The notes under the pieces were generated by a model. The model did no database searches. It saw nothing but the letters and a program-made list of their open reading frames with translations, and was not told the origin of the DNA. Shown piece by piece: positions 39,501-51,431 of a stretch of DNA of 64,000 nucleotides. The translations under genes and the position numbers were made by a program. Origin of the DNA: Tubulanus polymorphus. Its lineage: Eukaryota; Animalia; Nemertea. The stretch is taken from the NCBI RefSeq assembly GCF_964204645.1, contig NC_134030.1:1471355-1535354 (forward strand), read 5' to 3'. How positions within the stretch are numbered: position 1 is the first letter of the stretch; every line of letters starts with the position of its first letter.

Positions 39501-42500
39501 TACTAGTAATCTTAGAATACACGTTTTTGTACCCAGACCCCTTCATTCTACTGAACTACCGTGTAATAAGTGCCTGTTGTGTTCATTTTCTGTTGCATTG
39601 ATTTATATATTATTTCTATTTACAGTTGTCAAACAACAGCAGCAGCAGCAACAGCAGCAGCAGCGCACCCCTCCCGCCGGAGACGCCTCCCGACTTGCAA
39701 GCAAGAAGTAAGTTCAGTCTTCAAATACAATTTCAACGCATTCAATTTTTTGTATGGCGTTAAAACGGTTAAAGTTGTGACTAGTTTTCATAACTCCGTG
39801 ACGTCATATTTCCATCGAGTACCGGACCCTTTCCTATGTTTTTTGCCAATTTGGATTGAATGATCGCCAGCGGTTTTTCTATACGACCCGGCTCTGCTGT
39901 ATTGCATTTAGCCATCCTTTTTCTTGGCGTTTTTATAAGAAGGTGTTTGATTTTGTCTCTAAGGGATTTAGGAATTTAAGAGACACTTGTACTTTCTATG
40001 CAGTGAGTTTGTTCTGTTTTTGTTCCCTCGTGAATTTTATTTTTGTTTGAATCAAATCAAATCAGTACATCTTTCTTGAATTGCGTGTATGTTATAATAT
40101 TATGTAAGTTATAATGTTATCAAATATCTGTTATATTTAAACCGAATATTTAATTGTTGTATTTTGAATGCGATAATGCCGCTCCCTGCTAAAGTCCAGC
40201 GTCGTCATCGTGAGGGATGCGGTCATCTGTTCGGGCCCTGATTACGTTCTGTGTTCATCCTGTTGGGCTACATCGGGCGTTATATGAGTTAATCCTTCCT
40301 CGACTTGCGGATTGTGGTCGGAAGATCTATGGGTTCGGGCCGATAAGTCCCGGAAACAGAAAGTACAGTTTCTGCCGATGTGCCCATTGATGTCTCTATT
40401 TCAGAACATCACAGCGGTCGCCGGCTGTACAAGCACGGTCGGCTTCCCAACTCCTTTCTCTGAGGAGGATCGCTGGTTCTCTAGTAACGGTCAGTCACCA
40501 GTCAATCAACGGTTCAGCTGGTTCAGTTTCCCAGGTATCGGCGCGCGACAGTCGGGATACCTGCACAGGAACTCAGGTCCGGTCCGGGCTACTCCGAGCA
40601 CCGGTCCGGTCCAGGCCTCACTGGGTAATGAACATCTGGTCCGGTCCGGGCGGCTTCGAGCACCGGTCCGGTCCAGGCATCACCAGATACTGAACATCCT
40701 GTCCAGTCAGCTCCGTGCACCGGTCCGGTCCAGGCATCACCGGGTACTGAACATCTGGTCCGGTAGCTTCGAGAACTGGTCCGGTCCAGGCATCACCGGA
40801 TACTGAACATCCTGTCCGGTCAGCTCCGTGCACCGGTCCGGTCCAGGCATCACCGGATACTGAACATCTGGTCCGGTCAGCTTTGAGAACCGGTCCAGGC
40901 ATCACTGGGTACTGAACATCTGGTCCGGTAGCTTCGAGAACTGGTCCGGTCCAGGCATCACTGGGTACTGAACATCTGGTCCGGTAGCTTCGAGAACTGG
41001 CCTGGTCCAGGCATCACCGGGTACTGAACATCTGGTCCGGTCAGCTCTGTGCACCGGTCCGGTCCAGGCATCACCAGTTACTGGTCCGGTCCGGGCAGCT
41101 TTGAGCACCAGTCCATTCCAGGCATCACTGAGTACTGAACATCCAGTCTGGTCCGGTCCAGGCAACACCGGGTACTGATCATCCAGTCCGGTCCGGTCCA
41201 GGCATCACTGGGACTGAACATCCAGTCTGGTCCGGTCCAGGCATCACCGGGTACTGATCATCCAGTCCGGTCCGGTCCAGGCATCACCGGGTACTGAACA
41301 TCCAGTCTGGTCCGGTCCAGGCATCACCGGGTACTGAACATCCAGTCTGGTCCGGTCCAGGCATCACCAGTTACTGAACATCCAGTCCGGTCCGGTCCAG
41401 GCATCACCGGGTTCTGATCATCCAGTCCGGTCCGGTCCAGGCATCACCGGGTACTGAACATCCAGTCCGGTCCGGTCCAGGCATCACTGGGTACTGAACA
41501 TCCAGTCCGGTCCGGTCCAGGCATCACTGGGTACTGAACATCCAGTCTGGTCCGGTCCAGGCATCACCGGGTACTGAACATCCGGTCTGGTCCGGTCCAG
41601 GCATCACTGGGTACTGAACATCCGGTCCGGTCCGGTCCAGGCATCACCGGGTACTGAACATCCAGTCCCGTTTAGTCCAGGCATCACCGGGTACTGAACA
41701 GGGTTCGTCGCGGTGCTTGAAAAGCTTGAAATGGCTTGAATTTGAAAAATACTACTCAAGCGCTTGAAAACAGCTTGAAAATAGATCGAAAGCTTGAAAT
41801 AATTATTTTTGACTTGAAATAAAAAGTTATGGCTTGAAATGCTTGATTATCACAAATTTTCTTCTTCGCGAATTTTTTTCGATGAAATCGCAGACAGAAT
41901 ATGTTCTTGAGTTGTTTCTACGCGTGCGTCATGTTTTAGGCATCAATAAAGAAATTAATTGAATTGTATTGAATCGCTATGAGACTCTTGTGGTGAAACT
42001 CTACGGTGTCTGGAGACATGAACATACAGGGAAATTTCAGTCATGCATGTTATCGAGCATTGATGTAAAATGGCATTGAAATCCCACACCAGGAGTGAGA
42101 GCCATGTTGAAGGCACAGCGACCTAGTCAAAGTCATTGAACATTACAAATTTCGTATTAGGCCATACAAAAATCAAGGTCTGTTTGCCGTCATCCGACCG
42201 ACCCGACTTCAAAGGTACCCAGTGGAAACTTTTTTCTTGGATTCATCGAAATAAATTGTATTTTTGATACAAATGGCCGACCCACTGCCGATGTATGAGC
42301 TATGTATGTTTGAAGTTAAGTGTGCATCATGTGAAAACATGCCTCGACTATAGTTGAAGTTTTCCAGGAAACTGGCAGTGTTCCAATAAGCTGCCATTCA
42401 TTCTAAAGCTGGTAATGTTATAGCGTGCATATATTCAATCTACTGTTTCATTTTGAACGCAGATTTCGGATGTTGTTTCCGCTAAAAGTGGTGATGATAA

Positions 42501-45500
42501 ATTTGTTGTTTTTTTTGCCCCAAAATTTTGCACAAAAAAAATGATGCTACCTTCCTACTGACTTATCCCAAAAATAGTAGGTGTAACGGCAAAACAGACA
42601 ATTAATTTGGGATGGCCAAATATCCAAATCTTGATTGATATGAATATTTAAGCTAGGAAATGCTGAAAATCATTGTGATGAACAGGTTTCATCTCTAACA
42701 GAATCGTATCAACTCGGAGGTTCCACTGGAATCAAAATTTTACCTCTTTTTTAACATTTTTATACGAACCTGTTCAAAATAGGCAAATTGGCTGCGACTA
42801 ACGAAAATTGCTTCCAACGTGCCTTAAAAAATAGCTTGAAAATGGTATAAATCTAGCTTGAAATGGCTTGAAAATACCTGAGCTTGAGACAATGAACCCT
42901 GCTGAACATCTGGTCCGGTCAGCTTCCAGCACCGGTCCGGTCCAGGCATCACCGGTTACTGAACATCCGGTCCGGTCAGCTTCCAGCACCGGTCCGGTCC
43001 AGGCATCACCGGTTACTGGTCCGGTCCGGGCAGCTTTGAGCACCGGTCCGGTCCAGGCATCACTGAGTACTGAACATCCAGTCCGGTCCGGTCAGCTCCG
43101 AGCACCGGTTCAGGCATCACCAGGTACTGAACATCTGGTCTGGTCCGGGCGGCCTGGCATCAATGTTTCGAATTTAAAACATAGTTATCATGGTTCTAGG
43201 TTTGGTAGAGGGCGCTCTTCTACCAGATGCAGGAGCGAGGTCACCTTCACGGAGATCGAGATCGAGGGATTATGATTGATTCTGTAGGAACCATCATCAT
43301 TCATCAGTTCAGGTCGAGGGACCGTTTAGGAAGTTCACGTCTTTCACGTCGAGGGACCGTTTAGGAAGTTCACATCTTTCACGTCGAGGGACCGTTTAGG
43401 AAGTTCACGTCTTTGACGTCGAGGGACCGTTTAGGAAGTTCACGTCTTTCACGTCGAGGGACCATTTAGGAAGTTCACGTCTTTCACGTCAGGGACCGTT
43501 AAGGAAGTCGTCACAATAATCAGGATTTCCGCGATTTCGAAAGTCAGATTTTAAACTTGTTATTGTCATTGTAAGCTACCGCAGTTACAGGTAAGCCTAT
43601 TCTTGATTGCCCGAGACAGGCGTGCAGATATTGTTCCCGACTTTTGGTTGATTTTCTTGTGACTTGTTTGTTTTAGGGGTGAGATGGATGAGCCTTATTG
43701 TTTTTTGACATATATAGGTCATCCAAGATGGCCGCCACAGCCATTACAATGTGTAAAATAGCCATTTTGAAGCTTGTGACAACTCTACAATCTACAGTTT
43801 CAGACCAATTTACCAATTACTTATTCTGTGGTTTCATAATGGTAGGAGAATGAGCCTTATTGTTTTTGACATATATAGGTCATCCAAGATGGCCGCCACA
43901 GCCATTTCAATGTGTGAAATAGCCATTTTGAAGCTTGTTACCGCTCTACGGACTTGAGTTTTAAGCTTAAGACTTAAGATGGCCACCACAGTTATATCAA
44001 TGTGTTAAATCTTATCCGATTTGGAGCTTGTTACTGCTCTAAGATGTAGAGGTTTAGAGGTTTATAATTTTATTCATACTTGTACTGTGGTTTATTTATG
44101 GTGGTCAGAGGATGAGACCTATTACAATTTGCATTCTCTACTTGACTCACTGGTCAAGGGTTAATATCTAGTTTGATAAATGTGGAGCATGTCGGTGAAT
44201 CACCCCCCCCCCCCCCCCCCGGACTCTGATCTCAATGTCTGATGTCAATCGTCAGCAGTTTCAATGGAATGGGCTCGATTAGGTGTGGAACAAGTGGAAT
44301 CCTCGATTGCCACAGTCGAACCTAGAGTATTAAGAGCTCAATTAGGTTCTTCTTTGCGTCTCTTCTCCGGTTGGAGTGCTCCAGTTTCCACCGAATGGAG
44401 GAAGATTAGAGATGTGCAGATTCAAGTCCACCATGCGGACTCCGGCTCCGGCAGCTCAAGGTTCAGCTCCGGCTCCGGCAGCTCAAGGTTCAGCTCCGGC
44501 TCCGGCAGCTCAAGGTTCAGCCCGAACTCACACAATGCCATCTCAAGCATCTACTAATGCTGGTTGGAGAACAAGTGCACAGCTCCAACATTCTCGTGCC
44601 CCTTCTGGTCAGAATAATTCTAGTTCATATCGGGGAATGCTCCTAAAAGGAGCTCTTCCTCTCGGAGAAACTCAAAATGAATGCTCGGGGCCAGTGAGAG
44701 GTTGTCTATAACGAGCAGCCACCTACTGATCCGGCGTTCCCGGGTCGTATCACGGCGGCTACTGTCTTCAATTCTGAACACCTCCCGACATGCGCCCGAA
44801 AGCAGGTCACGAGACACTAATCTCGTCAGCTCTCAAAGATCTGGCCAAAAAGAGAGCAATAGAACCAGTACGGGACGAAGCCACATCCGGCTGGTTTTCA
44901 TGAATATTTATGCTCCTTAAGACCACAGGGCCTCGATGGACTGTCATTCCTCGAGCGGCACCTGGATATCCCGAGGCTTCCGATGACTAAAACAGGGAGG
45001 TAATTCAAGGTCTCCGCCGAGGTTAATGGGCGGCTTCATTGGACCTGAAAGATGTCAGGTTCCTATTCACCCGAAATCTCATCAATTTTACAGAATGAAG
45101 TGGAAACTCCGCCAGTTCCAGTTCAGGTCTCTTCCAGTCGGCCTCAGTACAGCCCACGCCCTGGGTATTTACCAGCTTGGGTCAAGTCCAGAAGGTACAC
45201 TACACTCCAGGGCTGGGTTTCATAGATATGGAAGAAAAATAATTCCAGGGAACATTTTGAAATTTGTCAGTTATAACCATGGTTTCTCATTGTTAGTATG
45301 GTGATTGAGGATTTATCCCTTTGGATAACTTTGATACTCAGTCTATGAAACCGGGTCCTGGAGTATTTGTCTGTTGGTTTACCTCGACGACTGGTTACTA
45401 GTACCAAACTCGACTATAGAATGTCAGGAGGCGGTGACCGCTGTCGACCGCTGTCGTAGACTTAGTTCACCAGTTCCGCGTAAACTAAGTAAAATCTCAC

Positions 45501-48500
45501 TTGATGCCGTCCCAACAGTTCACATCTCCGGATCAGCACGGTCTTTCCGTCCATGGCTCGAGTAGCCAAACTTCAAGAAGCGTAGTTACCACAAACGAGA
45601 GGACAGCTAGTTATCGGTGACGCCTGTGGCTAAATGCAATACCGCACTGCCAGGGGTCGTATCTCTGGCTATCTACACATTCAGAGAATATTAACTAAAA
45701 CCATAGGAAAGGGTCAAGCACTACTCCGAAAAAAACTAATTTTATTTCCAAAAAATTATGATATTATATGGATTGCATGCTGTGTGGAAGAAGTTTTCAA
45801 AATTATTTAGGAGCTTATTATAATTTGAATGCATGAATTGAGAGCAATTTGAAATGTGTTGATATCCGAAAGTGTTTCCATTGACTTCACTCATTCACCT
45901 GATGAAGCTTCTATACATTAGTACCCAAAGCTTGTGTGTCAAATAAACTAGTTACACGTCCTATAAAGTACTACTTGTCTCGTTATATATTCTAAACGCC
46001 AGTTAACAATTCCAGTAAGTCAGGTTTAGGGAATAGATATTTAAACCTTCAGATGATACCGATGTTATACAATTCCAGTAACTCAGGTTTAGGGAATAGA
46101 TATTTAAACCTTGAGATGATACCGATGTGATACAATTCCAGTAAGTCAGGTTTAGGGAATAGATATTTAAACCTTGAGATGAAACCGATGTGATACAATC
46201 CCAGTAAGTCAGGTTTAGGGAATAGATATTTAAACCTTGAGATGATACCGATGTTATACAATTCCAGTAAGTCAGGTTTAGGGAATAGATATTTAAACCT
46301 TGAGATGAAACCGATGTGATACAATTCCAGTAAGTCAGGTTTAGGGAATAGATATTTAAACCTTCAGATGATACCGATGTGATACAATTCCAGTAAGTCA
46401 GGTTTAGGGAATAGATATTTAAACCTTCAGATGATACCGATGTAATACAATTCCAGTAAGTCAGGTTTAGGGAATAGATATTTAAACCTTGAGATGATAC
46501 CGATGTTATACAATTCCAGTAAGTCAGGTTTAGGGAATAGATATTTAAACCTTGAGATTAAACCGATGTAATACAATTCCAGTAAGTCAGGTTTAGGGAA
46601 TAGATATTTAAACCTTCAGATGAAACCGATGTGATACAATCCCAGTAAGTCAGGTTTAGGGAATAGATATTTAAACCTTGAGATGAAACCGATGTGATAC
46701 AATTCCAGTAAGTCAGGTTTAGGGAATAGATATTTAAACCTTGAGATGATACCGATGTGATACAATTCCAGTAAGTCAGCTTTAGGGAATAGATATTTAA
46801 ACCTTCAGATGATACCGATGTAATACAATTCCAGTAAGTCAGGTTTAGGGAATAGATATTTAAACCTTCAGATGAAACCGATGTGATACAATCCCAGTAA
46901 GTCAGGTTTAGGGAATAGATATTTAAACCTTCAGATGATACCGATGTGATACAATTCCAGTAAGTCAGGTTTAGGGAATAGATATTTAAACCTTCAGATG
47001 ATACCGATGTAATACAATTCCGGTAAGTCAGGTTTAGGGAATAGATATTTAAACCTTCAGATGAAACCGATGTGATACAATTCCAGTAAGTCAGGTTTGA
47101 TATTTAAACCTTGAGATGATACCGATGTGATACAATTCCAGTAAGTCAGGTTTAGGGAATAGATATTTAAACCTTCAGATGAAACCGATGTGATACAATT
47201 CCAGTAAGTCAGGTTTAGGGAATAGATATTTAAACCTTCAGATGAAACCGATGTGATACAATTCCAGTAAGTCAGGTTTAGGGAATAGATATTTAAACCT
47301 TCAGATGATACCGATGTAATACAATTCCGGTAAGTCAGGTTTGATATTTAAACCTTGAGATGATACCGATGAATTTAGCAATTTTGAATGAATTAAACCA
47401 ATATGAGATTTCGATCCTAAGAATATTGGAAGCTTGTGTTTAACGTTACTAAATAGTAATATTATATAAAGCTAGAAGGACACGAGCGTATCCATTTTTC
47501 GCCCGATCGCGACGATTAAATTCGCCGGTGAATTTATACGCCCGATACGAGCGGGTACCGATCTATCTATAAATCGGCCGTCACGGTGATTTCGTCGCCC
47601 GCCGACATTAAACATGTTCGATATTTACGCCGGTGTTCGGGTCACTTGTTAATTCGCTCGGCTTGTCGGCAAGCTTAAAAAGATTTAGAAAAAACTATAA
47701 ATTCTCATTCCTGAATGAACTGGATTCATCTGGGTTCAGTTTCATGAGACACAGTTCAAACTGCTCTTGAATTTGAGTTTGTAATTAATGTATGTGATTA
47801 TAATGAATTGTATTTTTGTTTTACAGCTTTGGCATTTCGGTTAAGTCGTGCGTTCCGGCGGGAGGAGTTCGTCAGAATATTTCTACCGGAGTGTAAGTAG
47901 TTTAACTATTTTCATACAATATCATTTAGTGTGACGTGTGTTACTGATTCAGGCACGGATCCAGGAATGTTTCCAAGACGGGGTTCATAAAAATGCTGAC
48001 TAAAATCTCTAATAATAGCCGGGGCCTATACGGCATATTTTTTGGCCAAACATAAGGCCTTTTTTTAATAGCATGGTTTGGTTGCTCCCAAAATTTGAAG
48101 AAACATAAAATAAAAAAGAATTAGAAAAAAAATTTTTTATTCCTGTCTGTGAAACAAATTCAGTGAAAAACCGAGCAAAAAAGATTTTTCACCTCGGCCG
48201 AATGAGAATCCTGGATTGAACGATGAAACAATTGAAAAACGCGAGGTTCTTTTTTGATCGCAGTGTGCAGAATTCAAACTTTCCAAGATTCATTTGTTCG
48301 GACATATGTATATTGCCCTATTGACAGTTCCCTCTTCCTTCTAAAAGTGATTTTATCTCACTGAGGGAATTTTTAAAAAATTTTCTCTGAAATGATATGG
48401 TAGCGTTTTTTTTTTTTGCTTTAAAAATTTTTTGGTAGCCGATCAGCGGGGTCACGACCCCTGAAACCCTCCCTGGATCCGCGCCTATGATATCTCCTCA

Positions 48501-51431
48501 AAATCTAATAAAAACTTTCAATGAATTAATGCTGTAATGACGATATGTAGCCATCTGTCTATTTGAATGCATTTGCAAAAAGACAAAAAGAAATAGTAGC
48601 AGAATTTTGGCTAAAAGTTTAGAATACCCAAATTCAACATTGCTTGCAGCAGACGGAATATCCGCCATTTTGGTTAACAGGGGATTCCCCCCTCCGGTAC
48701 TTCCCATGATCAATAGTGTCTATGACGCGTTGCGTACGGAATGCCATGGAATTCCCTCACATGATTTATGATAATAATGTTTACTTGCATTCTGATTGGT
48801 TAAAATCGCGTGTAGTTTGAACGTAGGCAATGTTTACATTTGTAACGTCACCGGCGAGTCGCTGACATTAACGTAGTCATTGAGTTAACATTATCTTGCA
48901 CTGAATGGTGATATCAATCGCATTCATTTTATAAATATTTTGAATATGAATTTGTTTTTATATATCAACTGCGAGTAACAGTGTTACGCTATTGAGTCTT
49001 AAGAGACAGCCTTTATGGACCTTATTGGTTGTTATAACTCACAAGCTGACTGAGTTAGCATTCTGGATCCGTCAGATTAGTTACTTCTAGAAAATATGTT
49101 AGTCACATTTTCTGACTATATTCTGGAAAACAGTGGAAGCTTGTATCCACCCTAGATTAGAACCAATCAGAATAGAACCAATCAGAATACACTATTTTAC
49201 AGAAAATATATTTATGACAATTGCGTAAGGTTTTAGTAAAATAGTGTTTTTTCTCGAGTAGTTGCCGAAGAAGCATAAAAATTTGATTCAATTTCATTCA
49301 GATTTAAACAAACAAATCGAATTTCATTTCATTCAGCGCAAACTTCAAATCTAATTAAAATTTTGTTCAGTATGAATAAGTTGCAAATCATTGAGAGGAA
49401 AAAATAATTAATTGTGTTACTTAAAAAAATCACAATTGTACTGTGTTTATCAAAACAGGAGACCACAGGACCTTTGGTCCTCTAGTATTCTTTTCCTAGT
49501 TATTCCAAAAACACTAAAACAGTCCAATCAGCGATCGCTGCCAGACCAACACGATTACATTGAAATCAAACTTAAGTAACATCAGGCGCCCCCTGTTGGA
49601 ATAATATTCATAGCCGTAGCATCGAAACCATTCGACTTGTTGTTTAATGTATTTCTCTCTATTTTTATTTTACAGTGATGAACATTTTAGAAGAATGTCC
49701 GTTTGGGGACTTGGTGGGGGAATTCAAAAGAAACTTGGTTCCCGATAGGATACCACCACCGGTTAATCCTATGTCGCCCGCTGCTGCCCCTCCCCCACGT
49801 CCATTAAATTCGCCTCAGCAGCGGCCTGTCAGACAGCCGCCCCCGGCCGCCACTCGTTCGTCAGACAGAGTCCGGGGACGGCTGTTTGAAGGAGATCTGA
49901 CGGAGGTAAGAATCTTTATTTGTTTTCATATTTTATTCAGGATATCAGTTGAAGTTCAGCAAATAAATTACCAGACCTGTAAACAGAAGAGTAGTTATAA
50001 ATTTCCATTTGCGGGTAAAACCCCATAGTCGAAAACCTTCGGTTATTGATCTATATCTGCTTAAGACCAATGGTTGTACACACGAGTGCGAAAACTTATC
50101 GCTCAAACTTTGATTGTATCCATGGTAACGCGTACAGTATACTATGCGTGACTACCGTTTCCTATCACTGGAATACAATACTGTTTTTGACCATGAGCGC
50201 CATCTGCGGCGGTCATAACGGACTGACTGGTGATTGGCTGAAATGCTCGTCTACCGTGGTGACGATTATTCGGTGTTACACGTGCAGCAGACACGTCTCT
50301 GAATATCTAACATTTGATTGTTGTAACTCATCGGGAAAAATATGTTTATGAGTCGATTTTTTGTCGAAATTTTGTTCGGCAGAAAATTGGCTGCGTACGT
50401 CAAGAAGGCGGCTGATATTTGTATCGTGTGACCCCTCGTCCCGGTAATATGCCGACCCACGTACACCTGAGACCAGTTGCATATTCAGAGCTTAGAATTA
50501 AGACCGTTTTAAGACCAACTTAGTTCTATAGCCAATCTAATAACTTAAGACCAGTCTTTAGATTTAAGACCACTTTTGGACGTAAGTCTTGACCATGGAA
50601 TCGGCCCCAGATGCTTATTCCGCTGTATTGGATGCTGACGTGCTCGTGTCTTCCAGCAATGTTGTTATTCACCAAAAATATCATGTTTTGTTCGAATAAC
50701 ACAATTCATCTGAGTCTGGGTTTAACGGATGACACGTTCAAACAGAACTACGAAATCAATATCAGAAGTCCTTTTATATTGAAACGGTCCCAGAAGTCCC
50801 TGTTATAATGGGTACTTTTTCAAAAAAAGTAACGAGAACTCCGATGGCTTTCCGTATCGGTAAAAACTAACTATTTCTATGAGCGTCACTCGTAGATTTA
50901 CCGAAACGCCACCTTGTGACACGATATCCTAACTACGTATAGGTGTTTTATTTGCTGAATCGCTGGTTTCTCATTCTCATTTTTTATACTTGTGTTTAAT
51001 TTTATACTAAACAAATTTTTCACTTTTTCTCTTTACAGACACGACCACCGCCAAAAAAAACTAGAACAAAAAGGAAAAGAAAAGTTGCGGTCGTCGTGGC
51101 TCCGCAGGGAGGAGGAGCAAGAGTGGTCCCGGCGGATGGTGCGGCTGAAGAAGGTAATCGGGAGGAAGGGGAGGGGATAAATAGGAAGCGGCCGAGGAGG
51201 GATGGTGGTGGGGCTGGGGATGGTGCGGGTCCTGCTCCTCCTGCTCCTCCATCCGTATCTCGGGCGGTCACTCGTTCACTCGCCAAAAAGCTGGCGAGTG
51301 AACGAGTGGCCCGAGAGGTAGAGGTGGTGGCCCGACATACGGATGGAATGTGGGAGGAGCGGCTTCGTTCGGGGACAATTCCGGATTTGTTAACTGATTT
51401 AAAAAATATTCTTTCAGTGAAGGGATATTAG
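35315..51431 (+). CDS. Intact spliced gene, 9 coding exons, 343-aa protein of unknown family (basic N-terminus, Q18, S/TP-rich, short predicted helical core, Pro-rich linker, basic NLS, Gly-rich C-terminal region)
   Basis: join(35315-35377,36541-36633,37043-37081,37458-37484,39377-39415,39626-39707,47827-47892,49676-49905,51039-51431) = 1032 nt, no internal stop. All introns are GTAAG...YAG with pyrimidine tracts; phases 0,0,0,0,0,1,1,0 are consistent. Junctions 1/2, 2/3 and 6/7 occur already fused in paralogous copies at 23551-23710, 21468-21594 and 18595-18670. Confidence 0.85.
35440..35553. mobile_element. Short palindromic MITE in intron 1
   Basis: ctgggtccagtttcacaaa / tttgtgaaactaggccctg with internal inverted aatcgatt repeats. 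Confidence 0.7.
36541..36633 (+). CDS. Coding exon 2: GTA-Q18-KFDISMSGID
   Basis: tcttttatag acceptor, gtaagt donor, in-frame (CAA)n; homologous QQQ..FDVSISGIE in the copy at 23.6 kb. Confidence 0.88.
37043..37081 (+). CDS. Coding exon 3: FLPTTPPSGVSTP
   Basis: ttttcag / gtaagt, 39 nt; paralog FLPKTPPSGVSTP with the same donor at 23551. Confidence 0.88.
37458..37484 (+). CDS. Coding exon 4 (27-nt microexon): DLSPIQHVD
   Basis: tttacag / gtaaga; paralog VFSPIQHNS after the same acceptor at about 23330 (-). Confidence 0.8.
38274..38910. promoter_or_regulatory. Cluster of CTCF-like motifs in intron 4
   Basis: CCACCAGATGGCGC 38335-38348, GCGACACCTGGTGG 38549-38562, weaker matches at about 38274, 38803, 38858 and 38897. 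Confidence 0.55.
39377..39415 (+). CDS. Coding exon 5: HQFASEARSPSLN
   Basis: Long pyrimidine tract plus ttctag, donor gtaagt, 39 nt phase 0-0; no paralogous copy seen, and skipping it would keep the frame. Confidence 0.65.
39626..39707 (+). CDS. Coding exon 6: LSNNSSSSNSSSSAPLPPETPPDLQAR
   Basis: tttacag / gtaagt, 82 nt phase 0-1; its 3' end (CAA GCA xGA A) is found fused to exon 7 at 18670-18660 (-). Confidence 0.8.
41699..42901. mobile_element. Non-autonomous DNA transposon with 5-bp TSD (hAT5-like)
   Basis: Termini CAGGGTTC / GAACCCTG, TSD CTGAA (41694-41698 and 42902-42906), subterminal CTTGAAA repeats; removing it restores the host repeat unit. Confidence 0.85.
42160..42617. mobile_element. 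Nested MITE (Harbinger- or Kolobok-like ends)
   Basis: Imperfect TIR of about 32 bp: ggccatacaaaaatcaaggtctgtttgccgt / acggcaaaacagacaattaatttgggatggcc. Confidence 0.6.
43313..43505. repeat. 35-bp tandem repeat (about 5.5 copies)
   Basis: gtcgagggaccgtttaggaagttcacgtctttcac. Confidence 0.95.
43570..44170. mobile_element. Helentron-associated (HINE-like) element with central repeats of about 165 bp
   Basis: Repeats containing gagccttattgtttttgacatatataggtcatccaagatggccgccacagccatt at about 43690 and 43852, partial at 43975. Confidence 0.4.
46006..47372. repeat. 63-bp satellite (about 21 copies)
   Basis: acaattccagtaagtcaggtttagggaatagatatttaaaccttcagatgataccgatgtgat. Confidence 0.97.
47827..47892 (+). 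CDS. Coding exon 7: TLAFRLSRAFRREEFVRIFLPE
   Basis: ttttacag / gtaagt, 66 nt phase 1-1; paralog TLAFRIRRAFRREEFVRLFLPK with many synonymous changes. Confidence 0.88.
47951..48486. mobile_element. MITE in intron 7 (Harbinger-like TIR)
   Basis: TIR aggcacggatccagg / cctggatccgcgcct (14/15); absent at the homologous site of the paralog intron (about 18530-18545). Confidence 0.8.
49676..49905 (+). CDS. Coding exon 8: LMNILEECPFGDLVGEFKRNLVPDRIPPP...RGRLFEGDLTE
   Basis: ttttacag / gtaaga, 230 nt phase 1-0; matches ORF 49675..50028; two paralogous copies share the acceptor. Confidence 0.9.
51039..51431 (+). CDS. Terminal coding exon 9: TRPPPKKTRTKRKRKV...LKNILSVKGY-stop
   Basis: ctttacag acceptor, in frame with ORF 51096..51431; three frameshifted copies on -. 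Confidence 0.9.
   Translation, partial: TRPPPKKTRTKRKRKVAVVVAPQGGGARVVPADGAAEEGNREEGEGINRKRPRRDGGGAGDGAGPAPPAPPSVSRAVTRSLAKKLASERVAREVEVVARHTDGMWEERLRSGTIPDLLTDLKNILSVKGY

Larger units (their letters stand above)
40577..43160. repeat. GC-rich 40-60-bp tandem repeat split by an insertion
   Basis: Core ccggtccggtccaggcatcaccgggtactgaacat at 40577-41698 and 42902-43160. Confidence 0.95.
40180..45670 (+). mobile_element. Decayed DIRS-type (tyrosine-recombinase) retrotransposon in intron 6
   Basis: Frameshifted RT motifs in DIRS order: PVRGCL (PVGGRL-like) at about 44690, KRAIEPV..GWFS at about 44850-44900, WAASLDLKD at 45027, VPIHPKSH..FQFRSLPVGLSTA, VYLDDWLL at 45377. The upstream repeat-rich part is gag-like. 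No RNase H or YR seen; boundaries approximate. Confidence 0.85.

Noticed and set aside
39445-39711. Poly-Q ORF (VVKQQQQQQQQQQRTPP) as the exon-6 frame
   Set aside because: That frame stops at the donor; the Ser/Asn frame fits the phases and the fused QAGTLAF paralog
46049-46324. 21-aa repeat ORF, superficially LRR-like
   Set aside because: Translation of the 63-bp satellite; many units carry a stop and it is antisense within an intron
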